DNA from: Schmidtea polychroa
Lineage: Eukaryota
DNA: 64,000 bases
Assembly: GCA_044892525.1 (NCBI GenBank)
Contig: CM097885.1
Location: 236,904,001 to 236,968,000 of the forward strand
Direction of reading: 5' to 3'
Below are positions 27,601 to 41,912 of this stretch, piece after piece. The notes under the pieces are model-generated. The model was not told the DNA's origin. It worked only from the letters and a program-made list of their open reading frames with translations, and did not search any database. Both the position numbers and the translations under genes were made by a program. Position 1 is the stretch's first letter, and every line of letters starts with the position of its first letter.

Positions 27601-29753
27601 GACCTTAATTTACTTTAATTGAAAAATTTGAGCCATTATTTACTGTAATTTAATTTTTAGGACCATTATTTACTTTAATTGAAAAATTTACCACGTTTTT
27701 TACTGTAGACCACCTATTTCTCAGGACCAAGGAGACTCACCTCACTATAGTCTGAAAAATCCTTGGCTTTTTTAGTGTAGACCACCTATTTGTATTGAAA
27801 ATATCCTGAGACCTTAAATTACCATGCTTTTTTAGTGTAGACCAGCTTTTTGTATTGAAAATATCCCGAGACCTTAAATTACCATGCTTTTTTAGTGTAG
27901 ACCACCTATTTCTCAGGACCAAGGAGACTCACCTCACTATAGTCTGAAAATTCTATGCTTTTTTAGTGAGACCGCCTTTTTGTATTGAAAAAATTTTATT
28001 TGTATTGAAAATCCCAGGACCATCGTTTTTGTATAGAAAAAATTTTATTTGTATTGAAAATCCCAGGACCATCGAGACCCCCTCACTATAGTCTGAAAAT
28101 TCCATGCTTTTTTAGTGAGACTGCCTTTTTGTATTGAAAAAATTTTATTTGTATTGAAAATCCCAGGACCATCGTTTTTGTATAGAAAAAATTTTTTTTG
28201 CATTGAAAATCCCAGGACCATCGAGACCCCCTCACTATAGTGTGAATAATCCTTGACTTTTTTATTGATAGTCGGATTTTTGTATAGAAATTCCCAGGAC
28301 CATCAAGACCCTCTCACTATAGTGTGATAAAAAAAAATTTGGACCAAAAATCCCTGAAAGCAAAAAAATGAGTTGGGAACAATTGCGTAATAAAAATTTG
28401 GGAACAAACAATGAATAATAATAGTAAAAAATATATAATGGCAAGAATTAGGAGAGGTTTGTGAGGAGATTGTTACAAATCGAATGAAACTATAAATCTT
28501 TAAAATTCGTCAAAAGAATTTCTGTGAAATCTGGAAAAAGAACTTTAGAAGGGTATCGGAAGTTTAAAAAATTTCAGTTTACCACCCAGTGATGGTGTAT
28601 GTTTTAGGGGGGGGGGGGGGTGTAGCATTTTTCCTTTAGTGTTACAAGCTCACAACATACTACTTTTCCTTTTACACCTTTTCTCTTAGAAATCAAGGAA
28701 TTTCTTTTTATTCTCTTTAGTGCCCTTCATTGTAAACCTTTTAATCATGTTTTTCACTGCTCATTAATAATGAGACATGTTCCATAAGCGGCAAATTTAT
28801 TTATTATTCAAAATTTATCAAATATTTATTACTTCATAAAATAAAGTTTTCGGGTTTATATAAATTTCGGTAGATTTACAATTAACTCTGATTCTTCGTG
28901 CTTTTAAATCAACCAATATTGAAATTTTATTTAACTCAAGATACCAAATTCACAACTTTGTTCTCAATTTAGTAAAAATTAATTTGACAATTTTTCCTTT
29001 TGTTCTAAGTTTTATTACAGTTGAGACTTACTTTATAAGGGTAACTGATAAATAACATTATTATATCTCCCTTTCTATTAACGATATAATGTAATTATCC
29101 AAGCTTTTATATATGGAGGAATTTCAATTTTTCCTCGTGGATTTCAACTCCCAGAAATGAAATGAAAAAGAGGATTTCATTTTCCTCTGAGATTTCCATA
29201 TAAAAATCCGCTTGATCTTGGAGGATAATCTTTGGTTGTAAAATTTTTATTTCTCGTTTGTTAACCATAGAATTTTGTTTTCTCAATCATGATGATTAAT
29301 GATGTAAATAGCTTATAATTAATTAATTTTGAATTTCCACCTAGGAACCTCAAAAAATTAAAAATAAATAGATTCTTCTTTATCTTTTTATTTGTCACAT
29401 GTTTCCACCTTCCCTAAAAATATTGATTTTTATATTTATCATTTCATTAATTAATTTAAAATTGAAACATTAAATCTGATTATTCGATTAATTTTTGGTT
29501 CGGAATTTCTTTAAAATTTGCAAAATAATGTTTATTTTTTTTAATTAGATATTCTATTAATAATACTCAAAATATATTGTCTTAATTATAAATAAATTTC
29601 TCCTGCTAATTGATGAATGATAGAGGAAATTAATGCTGCTATTTATGTTCATTTATTTCAAGTTTTTTGTCACAATAATAAATATTTGATGATATATTTG
29701 GTTATTGTAAAATTTATCAGGAAAATTGGAGGAAAGCTAGAAATTAGCACTTC

Positions 29754-29992
<239 letters not shown>

Positions 29993-30076
29993 TACAATAA
30001 AGTGATAATTTAAGCCTTTGGCTGCGAATAATGTATTTAATGAAAAGATTTTCGACTATAAGATAGTCCTTGTTAA
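29993..30076 (-). repeat. pLTR-like repeat with degenerate hammerhead-like core
   Basis: Minus strand TTAACAAG-GACTAT-CTT-ATAGTC-GAAA-ATCTTTTC-ATTAAA, running into (ATT)n. Confidence 0.55.
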
Positions 30077-30527
30077 TCTCCTGGAATTTAGCAATCTCCT
30101 TCTCGAACACACATTTTTATCTTTCTTCTATTTCCTTTTTCTTAATTCTCATTGGTTATAAATATAATAGAATATAATAATATACTTTCTTTTTCTGGAT
30201 TTTTTAAAAATTTTACTTAAAATCAAAAGTAAAATTAAAATAGAATAAATATCATTTATAATTCAAATTGACAAAAATTAAAACCTTTAAATTTTTTAAA
30301 GTTTCTCTAGAAGCCTAATAAAATATTTCAAAATATTTTAAAATAAAGCTTCCAATAACTATTTATATACGCTATTTAAATATTTCAATAAATGTGTCAA
30401 TTTTGATTTTTAAATCCTATCTTTTGAAAGTATATTTCCTAAAATTTTATATATTATTTTAATTATTACTTTTTTTGTAAATTTATTATATTTTTTATTT
30501 TTTATATATTATCAGATATTCTCAAGG

Positions 30528-30965
30528 TCAATGACAACAGACCAAATTCATGATTTCATTGATTTCTTCTTTAGTGTTGATTTTTGGCTGTCTGTTTATG
30601 ATGAGAATTGGTTCTTTGAATCTGACATTTTTCTTTTGGATGTTTCCAATAGCTATGATTTCGATTGAAATATTTTTTCTTTCCTCTGTTGGTTGACATT
30701 TTTGGAGATGTCTGTTTATCGAGGATGTTCCACCAGGATCTAGATGTTCTTTAACTCTTTGGTGCAAGGTCCTGAGTGTAATTTCACACTAGATTTCATT
30801 GCATACATTGCACGTGATGCAATAGACGATGTTTTTTCTAAAGCACATATCTTTCGGTGTCTGCCAGTTTTTCATTGTGAAATTGTTTTCTCTATTTGTG
30901 TTGGATGCCAGAGCTTTTCTCAATGTCCAAGATTTATGTGCTATCTGAATTGGAAGACCGGTACG
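30528..30965 (-). pseudogene. Penelope-like retroelement fragment: linker plus GIY-YIG endonuclease, with in-frame stop
   Basis: Translation ...MCFRKNIVYCITCNVCNEI*CEITLRTLHQRVKEH...INRHLQKC...KEPILI..QPKIN matches the PLE GIY-YIG pattern (VY-x-C-x2-C-x3-YIGET-x-R-x-L-x2-R-x2-EH); stop at 30789-30791; 5' end truncated at an (AAT)n tract. Confidence 0.85.
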
Positions 30966-31028
30966 TTTAATAATAATAATTTTAAATAATAATTATTTAA
31001 TAATAAATAATTTAATAAATCATCACTT

Positions 31029-31146
<118 letters not shown>

Positions 31147-33613
31147 CTTAAGAAAAACATTCTAAAACTGACAAATTTTTAATATAATTTTTAAGTTAAA
31201 ATTTTTATATCTGTCAACTGAATTTAATTAAAAAATTTGGACTTAATTTTCTTGGTAAAAGATCAAATAGACAATTTCGTGAATTCTATAATATAAACAA
31301 ACGGAAAAGAGATTGCACACCCTGTTGTTACATAATAATTCAATAAAACAAAGAATACAATGGAAAGTTTGTTGCTTAATTCCGGAAACATTTTCAAGTT
31401 GGAGATGCTGGATAAAGGTCAACTATTGTTAGATGATGTTTGTGAATAATAATTAAAGAGAGGTATAAAATGATTTTGATGGGATTTATCTACTGACTTT
31501 TAATGAAGTAAAAACAATAGAAAAGCAATTAATGAAACGAAATTAGATGAAATATTACAGAAAAAAGATGGAATATCTAGAAAAAAAGAAACAGTTAAAG
31601 GTAACCAAATAGAAATACTTAAATATGTTGATAAAAGCGTGTGAAGAGTTGACAGTCTTATTGTTGAAAAAAATAAAAAAGATGTAAAATATCCAATTTT
31701 TCTAAAAAATGGCAAGTTTAAAAATTTTTTTGATCACTTGTAAAGTGAAATTGATAATAGGATTTGGCTGCTACGGTTGGTGATGATAATTAGATCCTTT
31801 AGGAAAATATGTAAATATTGTTGACAGAAGAAAGGTCAAATTTTCGGTTAAAACCCTTTGGTTGCCTTTAAATAAGCTGCAGTGGATTTTGTTAGTTTCT
31901 GTGAATCAATGTAAATATTGAGTTTGCGTATAAATTGAATTTAGCAAATGCTTTGAATACTGATGAAATCGTTTGTGAGTTTCTAACAATTTCCAAGGCA
32001 AAAAAAGGAATACACAAATAATATTAAATGGTAATGAGCAAATTTGTTTGGTTGGTATTTGAAGTGCAAGCATCCAAATTGGTTATCTACACATTAACGA
32101 AGGTAATGACAGAAAAAGGGTTGAAACGAATCTAAATCACCTAGAGCTCCACTATTTTGTACGATATTCGAAAGAAGGATAAAATTTGAAAGACATATGA
32201 TGAAACTGATTTCGATCGAGGTCAATGTTGCAAATTAACAAAATCAAATCGTCCTAATAAGAATCAAATTTGTAATAAATTTATGGCCAATAATGATACG
32301 AAAGATGTTATACATTTATACCTAACAATTTCCTTCTTTATGACAATTAAATATGACAAAAAACTACATTTTTTAGAGGAATCGTTTAAGAATTCAAAAG
32401 AGCAAGCGATACGGTTCGTGCTTCGATAGTTAAAACATTGAAAAGACGGTTGATCCGGCGATAAACTATTAAGAAAAATGGGATAATAGTATTATCAGGA
32501 ATTTATGTGATATCAGAAATGAAGGTATTGGGGAATTAAACTCATAATTTGGAAATTTATCTATTTTAACTGGTCTATCATGTTGAATATGTTTTCAAAT
32601 TTAAAGATAATTGAATGATGAATGTTTAAGCATTCACATATATGATCATTCGGATCCAAAATTCTTTTGGGAACAACTTTGCATTTCAAACCGTCAAGTG
32701 TAATGTAGAAAAGAGAAAAGAGCCAAATGAATATTCGCTGAAAAATAATCTCATTCTCAACAATTCATAACTCTAATCTTTATAAATGTTTTCAAATCCA
32801 TCTGTTTTATATAATAATAATTTTAAAATAGTTTTCGCTAAATAATAATATTTCAATAAATTTCTCATTAAATATATGAAAATGTGATGCTAAACATTCT
32901 TATAAATATAAAACAAAATATTGATCGATAGTCTAAAAGCGAAATTGAAACAAAAGAACTAAAAATTTTATTAAATAAAAATTTTACAAAAATATTTTAT
33001 CTATTTGGAATTTTTAATTAATATAATTAAAAGATTTAATTTCTTTGTATGTTCTGACATTTTAAATAATTTAACTATAATTTAATAATTAAATAAATTA
33101 TATTTTATTTATTGAAAGGTTTTTCTTAAAACAATTTTTCATTAATTTTCACAAATTATTAATTTATTGTTGCATTGAAATGATACATTTAATTATAGAA
33201 AGAAATTAGAAAATATGTTTATAAAAAAAGAAAATGAACCGTTCAGTGTTGTGAATAATTTCATGCGATAATTAAGCAGTGGTTTGCAGTTTTACACACG
33301 AGTTTAGACTGTCACGTTTCGAAAAGAGATTAGACAAAAGAAAATATTAATTATTTTTTTTCATTTTCTGCAAATGTTTTTCATAATAATAATTAATATA
33401 TAATTCTTTTAAACTAGTCTAAATGTCCAGATAAAATTAAGTTATTTGCTGAAAGTTGTGACTTAAATTTTAAGAAAAATGATTGTAGTTTCAAATTAAA
33501 TTTCCCTTGGGATTTTCATTTTTAAATGTTCTTTGAAAATTGTTTTATAAACATTTCTTCTTTTTTCAATAAGATTTTTTATTAATAATGTTACTTATAT
33601 AAATTCTTTCTGT

Positions 33614-33934
<321 letters not shown>

Positions 33935-34865
33935 TTTATTAAAAAGCTTGATTATGAATCAGTAAATATATCGATGTTTTTGATATTCACGAATTTTCGG
34001 CATTGCTTTTTTTAATAAATACAATGTCAATTGAAAAGAAATCATTGGTGAAATTTGAAAAATGTTCTTATATTATATATATGGTGGGTTAATATTTAAC
34101 TAGTCGGATAGTTTCTGACTTCTCGTGTCCTTTTCCAATCAAATAACAAAAACCCAACACAGAACAACTTTATTCGAACTGTACCACAATTACAAATAGT
34201 CACTCGATTTTCACCTTTCTTTCTTAGACACTTGTTATTGTAAGGCAGGTTGCTCAAGGAGTAATAACTTTTCTGATAAGTTATAATTTTGATCTGGATT
34301 TACTTCAGTTAATTTCTCTTGAACTCTACTGATTTGTAGTTTCTCGCTAACTTTGTTTCTTCGACCAACTGTCAGCTCGTCTCTGTTCAGCTTTTCTTTT
34401 TAAAGTTTTCTAAACGACATTGATTTCTCAGGGGATTACCAACATTTATCCCACCGTTATTTTAATCCTTGTGCGGATAACTGACATTCTACTTACGCGT
34501 TGGTTATTCGTTATTTCAATCTTATGGGATGGATTATTTGTTAATTTTCTTCCTAAACGGCCGCTCAGTCAATTCGTTTCACTTCCCAATTAGTCGGATT
34601 TTAGAGCGCTCTGGGTTTTTTATCATTGCTCGAGTTCCGCGTTGTCTCGGGCTTTCCATTAGACATTAATTAATTTTTAATTTTGTTATTTTATTTTAAC
34701 TTTCCCTAAGAACTCCTCACTAAATTGTTATTATTGTTTCTGAATTTGTCTCATGATTTCGCGTTCAACCATAAACATTTCTCAAGATTTATATTACTTT
34801 TTACCTTTTATTAGTTTTTTTAATTAATTTTTGAACTTTTGTTATTCCTGTGTTTTATTGATTTT

Positions 34866-35361
<496 letters not shown>

Positions 35362-38300
35362 TATATATATATATATATAGGTTATATTTGTTGTAAATGG
35401 TAAAATAGATTTATAATTTATACTATATACTTTTGAGAAATTCATAAATTGTCAGAGTTAAAATAAATTAAAAAGAATAAAATTTTAAAAGTTTCATTTA
35501 AAATAATTAACTAACTTCATTAGATTCCACTCGGTATGCTTGAAATATTTTCCAATATAACTCCAAGCCATAAGTTCCAATTTGATCTGAAATCCTAAAA
35601 TATCTTTCGAGTTCAAATCGGCTAAAGGAATTCGAAAAAGATTTATTTGGATTTACATTAAGCGCTGAAGATGAACTTATTTGTTTAGGACTCGAAAATA
35701 TTGAGGCATATTTTGACATTTTATGCAAAGTATTATTTATCTAAATTTCGAGTGAAGAATATATTGAATTAGAAAAAGATTTGTATGGACTCAATAAAAA
35801 TAACGAATAACCAATGAAAATGTATTAAATTTTATTTCACTTTCATTTCTCCTTTTTCTTAAATTTATGATATATTACTGTCAATTGAATGTAAAAATTG
35901 TTTAAATTATTCTAATTATATAAAGTGATGATTTCTTGTTAGCAGCAATATTTAAAGTTTAAACAATTAAATATATTATTTGCAGCAAAAGGCTTAAATT
36001 ATCATTTAATTGTTTAAAATTTAATTATGCTTTAATTATTTTTATTAAATATTATTGTTATTAATTATTATTATTATCATTATTATTATTATTATTATTG
36101 TCATTATTGTAGCGATTTAAAAAGGTTTGAAATTTTAAAAATATTCAATTTATTAAAAATACAATTGTAAACTATAATTAAAAGTTTAAAAATTAACAAA
36201 ACTTAATCCGTTTATTGAAGTAGGAATAGAAAGGGAATTAATTAGTACAAATTGGAAAGAAAACAACAAATGCAAAGACAAGAAAGAATTTTTTTTTATT
36301 TGTGACTGGCAATAGCTGATAATTTTTATCTGAATAAATGGAATAAGTAGCCCATATTTTCTGTATGATCGTAGAGACGATAAAGGAATTGATAAAATGT
36401 GTTTGGAAGACATTTTGGCAACAAATATGACATAAGTGTTAGCAGAAATTATTGGAGAACTATTTTAAACAAATATAGATTTCAGTTTGCAGGCAAAATA
36501 TTTTAATGACAAATTTAGGTGAAAAAATGCGTTACCAAATGCTCTGGACAACAAATAGCTTAATTTGCAATGAAACTATGTACGAAGATTTGTAAAGGCA
36601 ATAAAGGAAATGATTGAAAAAATACTTTACTAATTGAGAAGAAGAGAAATTACAATTAAAATAATATTTATTGAGATCAGACAAGAATTTGTTATGGTGG
36701 GAAATGATTAAACCATGAAATGCAACAATGTCGTTCTTAATTAACAAGTACAAAATGAAGTAGGAAAACAAAATTGAAATTAAATATGCATATGTCGATA
36801 GCCTGTACGAAATAAAGGGAAGGGCTAACCGGGGAAGCTGCGAAATGGCATCCTCTAAAAATTATATATCTCGACAGCTTTCGAAGATAATTAAAGACCT
36901 TTAAATGACCGAAGAGAATTTACGGTGGGAGGAATGTTAACTGAAATCAATATCAGTAAATGTCTGTAGTTTGTTATTTCTGTTAAACAAGGCACACTTT
37001 GGAGTCAGATCAATAATTGATGAAATTTAATTTCATCGGCAACTTCAACTTTTAACATATTCTCATCAAAACCTAACATTATGGTTATGATAATAATTAA
37101 ATGGCAAACAATAAAGATAGATACTACCTGAATCAAAAGGCACAATTTGTAAAGGAGAAAAACGTGACAGAATTTGTTAATAAAAATGGAAACAGAAGTT
37201 GTAAAGAAAAGAAAAAAACCGAATTAAAACGAAACCCAAGATTAATTATGAAGTTATCGGAGAAGCGATTTAAATGAAATTGAAGTTATTGAGTAAATTC
37301 ATGTTAAAGCTAAAAAAGCAAGTAGATCGAATCTACCGATCATTGAAACAAGAAGCAGTAGTCAATTGGTTGTGAATTACAAGTTGTATTGTAAACGTGC
37401 TATTCCTCTGAAGGGTTGCAATAAGCATTCAAGTCATTGTTGTAATATTTAATTACTGGTGTCGCTGTACATTTTTAATCAATTGCCTTAATCAAGAAAT
37501 TTATATTGTCTGTAGTTTGTTATTTTTGTTAAACAAGGCACACTTTGGAGTCAGATCAATAATTGATGATAGTAGGTAGATAGTGGCCTACGGGAACAAT
37601 TACCCCCCCCCGGGGGGGGGGGGGTGGGTTGTTCCCAAATTTTTATTACGCAATTGTTCCCAACTCATTTTTTTGCTTTCAGGGATTTTTGGTCCAAATT
37701 TTTTTTTATCACACTATAGTGAGAGGGTCTTGATGGTCCTGGGAATTTCTATACAAAAATCCGACTATCAATAAAAAAGTCAAGGATTATTCACACTATA
37801 GTGAGGGGGTCTCGATGGTCCTGGGATTTTCAATGCAAAAAAAATTTTTTCTATACAAAAACGATGGTCCTGGGATTTTCAATACAAATAAAATTTTTTC
37901 AATACAAAAAGGCAGTCTCACTAAAAAAGCATGGAATTTTCAGACTATAGTGAGGGGGTCTCGATGGTCCTGGGATTTTCAATACAAATAAAATTTTTTC
38001 TATACAAAAACGATGGTCCTGGGATTTTCAATACAAATAAAATTTTTTCAATACAAAAAGGCGGTCTCACTAAAAAAGCATAGAATTTTCAGACTATAGT
38101 GAGGTGAGTCTCCTTGGTCCTGAGAAATAGGTGGTCTACACTAAAAAAGCATGGTAATTTAAGGTCTCGGGATATTTTCAATACAAAAAGCTGGTCTACA
38201 CTAAAAAAGCATGGTAATTTAAGGTCTCAGGATATTTTCAATACAAATAGGTGGTCTACACTAAAAAAGCCAAGGATTTTTCAGACTATAGTGAGGTGAG

Positions 38301-41300
38301 TCTCCTTGGTCCTGAGAAATAGGTGGTCTACAGTAAAAAACGTGGTAAATTTTTCAATTAAAGTAAATAATGGTCCTAAAAATTAAATTACAGTAAATAA
38401 TGGCTCAAATTTTTCAATTAAAGTAAATTAAGGTCCTAAAAATTAAATTAAAGTAAATTAAGGTCCTAAAAATTAAATTACAGTAAATAATGGTTCTAAA
38501 AAATTAAATTAAAGTAAATTATGGTCCAAATTTTTCAATTAAAGTAAATAATGGTTCTAAAAAATTAAATTAAAGTAAATTATGGTCCAAATTTTTCAAT
38601 TAAAGTAAATAATGGTCCAAATTTTTGAATTAAAGTAAATTATGGGCTTAGATTTTTCAATTAAAGTAATGAATGGGCTCAAATAACTAAATTAAGGTTC
38701 AAAATTTTAAATTAAAGTAAATAATGGTCCTAAAAAATTAAATTAAAGTTAATTATGGTCCTAAAAAATTAAATTAAGGTTCATATTTTCGAATTAAAGT
38801 AATTAATATGCTCAGATTTTTCAATTAAAGTAAATAATGGCTCAAATTTTTCAAATTAAAGTAAATAATGGTCCAAATTTTTGAATTAAAGTAAATTTAG
38901 GTTCTAAAATATTAAATTTAAGTAAATAATGGTTCAAATTTTTCAATTACAGTAAATTATGGTCCTAAAAATTAAATTAAAGTAAATAATGGTTCTAAAG
39001 ATTAAATTAAAGTAAATTATGGTTCTAAAATATTAAATTAAAGTAAATAATGGTCCAGATTTTTCAATTAAAGTAAATAATGGTCCAAATTTTTCAATTA
39101 CAGTAAATAATGGTTCTAAAAAAATTAAATTACAGTAAATAATGGTCCTAAAAAATTAAATTAAAGTAAATAATGGTCCAAATTTTTAAATTAAAGTAAA
39201 TTATGGTCCAAATTTTTGAATTAAAGTAAATTATGGTTCTAAATTTTAAATTAAAGTAAATTAAGGTTCTTAAAAATTAAAATAAAGTAAATTAAGGTCC
39301 AAATTTTAAATTAAGTAATCAATGGTAAAAAAATTTTAAATAAGTAAATTAAAGTAATAATTTTTAAATTAAGTAAATTAAAGTAATGTAATAAGTAAAT
39401 TAAAGTAAGATTTTAAAATTTATTAACAAAAAGTAGAAATAATAAAAGGTGTTTGAGAATTGAAATTTTTTAATGAAAATTTTCAATGGTAATTTTTAAT
39501 GAAAATTTTATGAAATATTTTTCAATGGTAATTTTTAATGGAAATTTTTATGAAATATTTTTCAATGATAATTTTTAATGGAAATTTTTAAGAAATATTT
39601 TTCAAAGACAAATTTTAATAATAATTCAACAACAAATCAACAACTTAGTACCAACAACCAGTAACTTACGAACATGTATTACCAACCAGATACCTACAAC
39701 CAGTTACCTGATACCAAGTACCAACAACCAAAAACATGCAACCAACTAGGTACCAAGTACTAACAACTAACTACCACCTACCAAGTACCTACAACCAACT
39801 ACTAAGTACTAACAACCAAAAACAACCAACTAGGTACTAGATACCAAGTACTTACAACAAACATCAACCAAGTACTTACTACCAACTACCAAGTACTTAC
39901 AACTAGTTACTAACAACTAGTTACCTGCTACCAAGTACTTACAATTAGTTACTAACAACCTGTTACCTGATACCAAGTACCTACAACCAACTACTAAGTA
40001 CTAACAACAAAAAACAACGAAGTACCTACAACAAATTACCAGATACCAAGTGCCTACAACTAGTTACTAACAACTAGTTACCTGATACTAAGTACCTACA
40101 ACCACCTAACAAGTACTAACAACCAAAAACAAGCAACCAAACAGGTATCAGATACCACCTACTAAGTACCAACAACCAACTAGTTACCAGATACCTACAA
40201 CTAGATACTAACAACTAGGTCTCAAACAACTAAATACTAACAACCAGGTACTAAGCATTAATTACCAACTACTAAGTACCTACAACCTACAACTAGATAC
40301 TAACAACCAGTTACCTGATACCAAGTACTAACAACCGTCAACAACCAGGTACTAAGGCTTATCAACCTACAACTAGTTACTAACAACCAGTTACCAACTA
40401 CTAAGCATTAATTACCTACAACTAGTTACTAACAACTAGATACCAAGTACATACAACCAGACACTAAGCATTATCAACCAAGTACTAACAACTAAATACT
40501 AAACACTAACAACCGACAATAACCAGGTACTAAGCATCATCAACCAACTACTAAGTACCTACAACTAGATACTAACAACCAGTTACCCATTAACTAGCTA
40601 CAACCAGCACTCAACTAGCTACCAACTACTAAGTACCTACAACCAAGTACTAACAACTAGATACCTAGTTACTAACAACCCGCTAACAACTAACAACTAG
40701 ATACCAAGTACCAGTAAATTACGAACATGTATTAACAACCAGATACCTACAACTAGTTACTAACAACTAGTTACCTGATAGCAACCAACTAGCTACCAAC
40801 TACTAAGTACCTACAACCAACATCAACCAGGTACTAAGCATTAATTACCAACTACTAAGTACCTACAACCAACATCAACCAGGTACTAAGCATTAATTAC
40901 CAACTACTAAGTACCTACAACCAACTAGCTACCACCTACCAAGTACTAACAACCAGTTACCAACTACTAAGCATTAATTACCTACAACTAGTTACTAACA
41001 ACTAGCTACCAAGTACATACAACCAGACACTAAGCATTATCAACCAAGTACTAACAACCAAGTACAAGATACCTAGTACTGTCAACTAGATACCAAACAC
41101 TTACAACCAGATGACCACATGAAATTATTGGTTAAATATGAAAATAAGGGTTATAATTAGTTGTTAAGTAAATTATGGTGTAAAATTAAGAAATAAAGAA
41201 TAATTAGGTAAATTAAAGTTAAAAATTTTAAATAAGTAAATTAAGATTCAAAATTTAAAATTAAGTATCCAATGGTTCAAATTTTAAATTAAAGCTAAAT

Positions 41301-41395
41301 AAGTAAATTAAAGTAAGATTTTTAAATTTATTATCAAAAGATTGAATAACCACCAACTTTTTTGAGAAATGTAATTTATAATGAAAATTTAAATG

Positions 41396-41467
<72 letters not shown>

Positions 41468-41912
41468 TAATAATAATTAAACAGTTACCAACAATCGGTT
41501 ACTGATTATTTTTTAACTAGGTGCTAACAAATACTTACAACTAGATACCACGTACTAACTAACTCTCAAACAACCAGATACTTACAACTAACTACTAAAT
41601 ATTCTTTATTGTATTTTATGAAATGCTTTTTAAATTAATATTTTTTATACAGCTTCTATAATAATTTTAATTACAATCAGTAAAAAAACCTTTTCAAAAT
41701 GTCTAAATTTAACAAAAATGTTGATTTTCATCAAAAAACCAGAACTCAACCACTTTAAAACACCACGTGGAATTCAAAATAATTACAATGAAAGACTAAT
41801 GAATTCTAATTTACAAAACATTCTTCTTTTAAATGATAACTACTGACTTATTATTGCAAAGTAAAAATCACATTCAATAAATACTTATTATTGATCAGTT
41901 TTATTATATATA

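Larger units (their letters stand above)
11429..28409. mobile_element. Giant palindromic (fold-back) non-coding element, copy 1; right terminus truncated
   Basis: Left arm 11429-19363 is the reverse complement of right arm 20373-28409; 1009-bp spacer at 19364-20372; starts AGTAGGTAGATAGTGGCCTACGGG; right end stops at GGGAACAAAC, before the C/G tract. Confidence 0.93.

Noticed and set aside
27734..27750. GACTCACCTCACTATAG resembles the T7 promoter or vector sequence
   Set aside because: Lacks TAATAC, has an insertion, and is part of the element's repeated ACTATAGT motif
11429..28409. Palindrome as a simple fold-back read or amplification artefact
   Set aside because: Arms differ by structured indels and SNPs, the same loop boundaries recur in a second copy, and defined termini join different flanks; mis-joins between copies are still possible
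28607..28620. G-run as the displaced terminal tract of copy 1
   Set aside because: Not followed by TAATTGTTCCCGTAGGCC or any other terminal sequence
31290..32720. Purine-rich stretch that looks like decayed coding sequence (also 36240-36930)
   Set aside because: Many stops and no motif I can assign; would need a translated profile search
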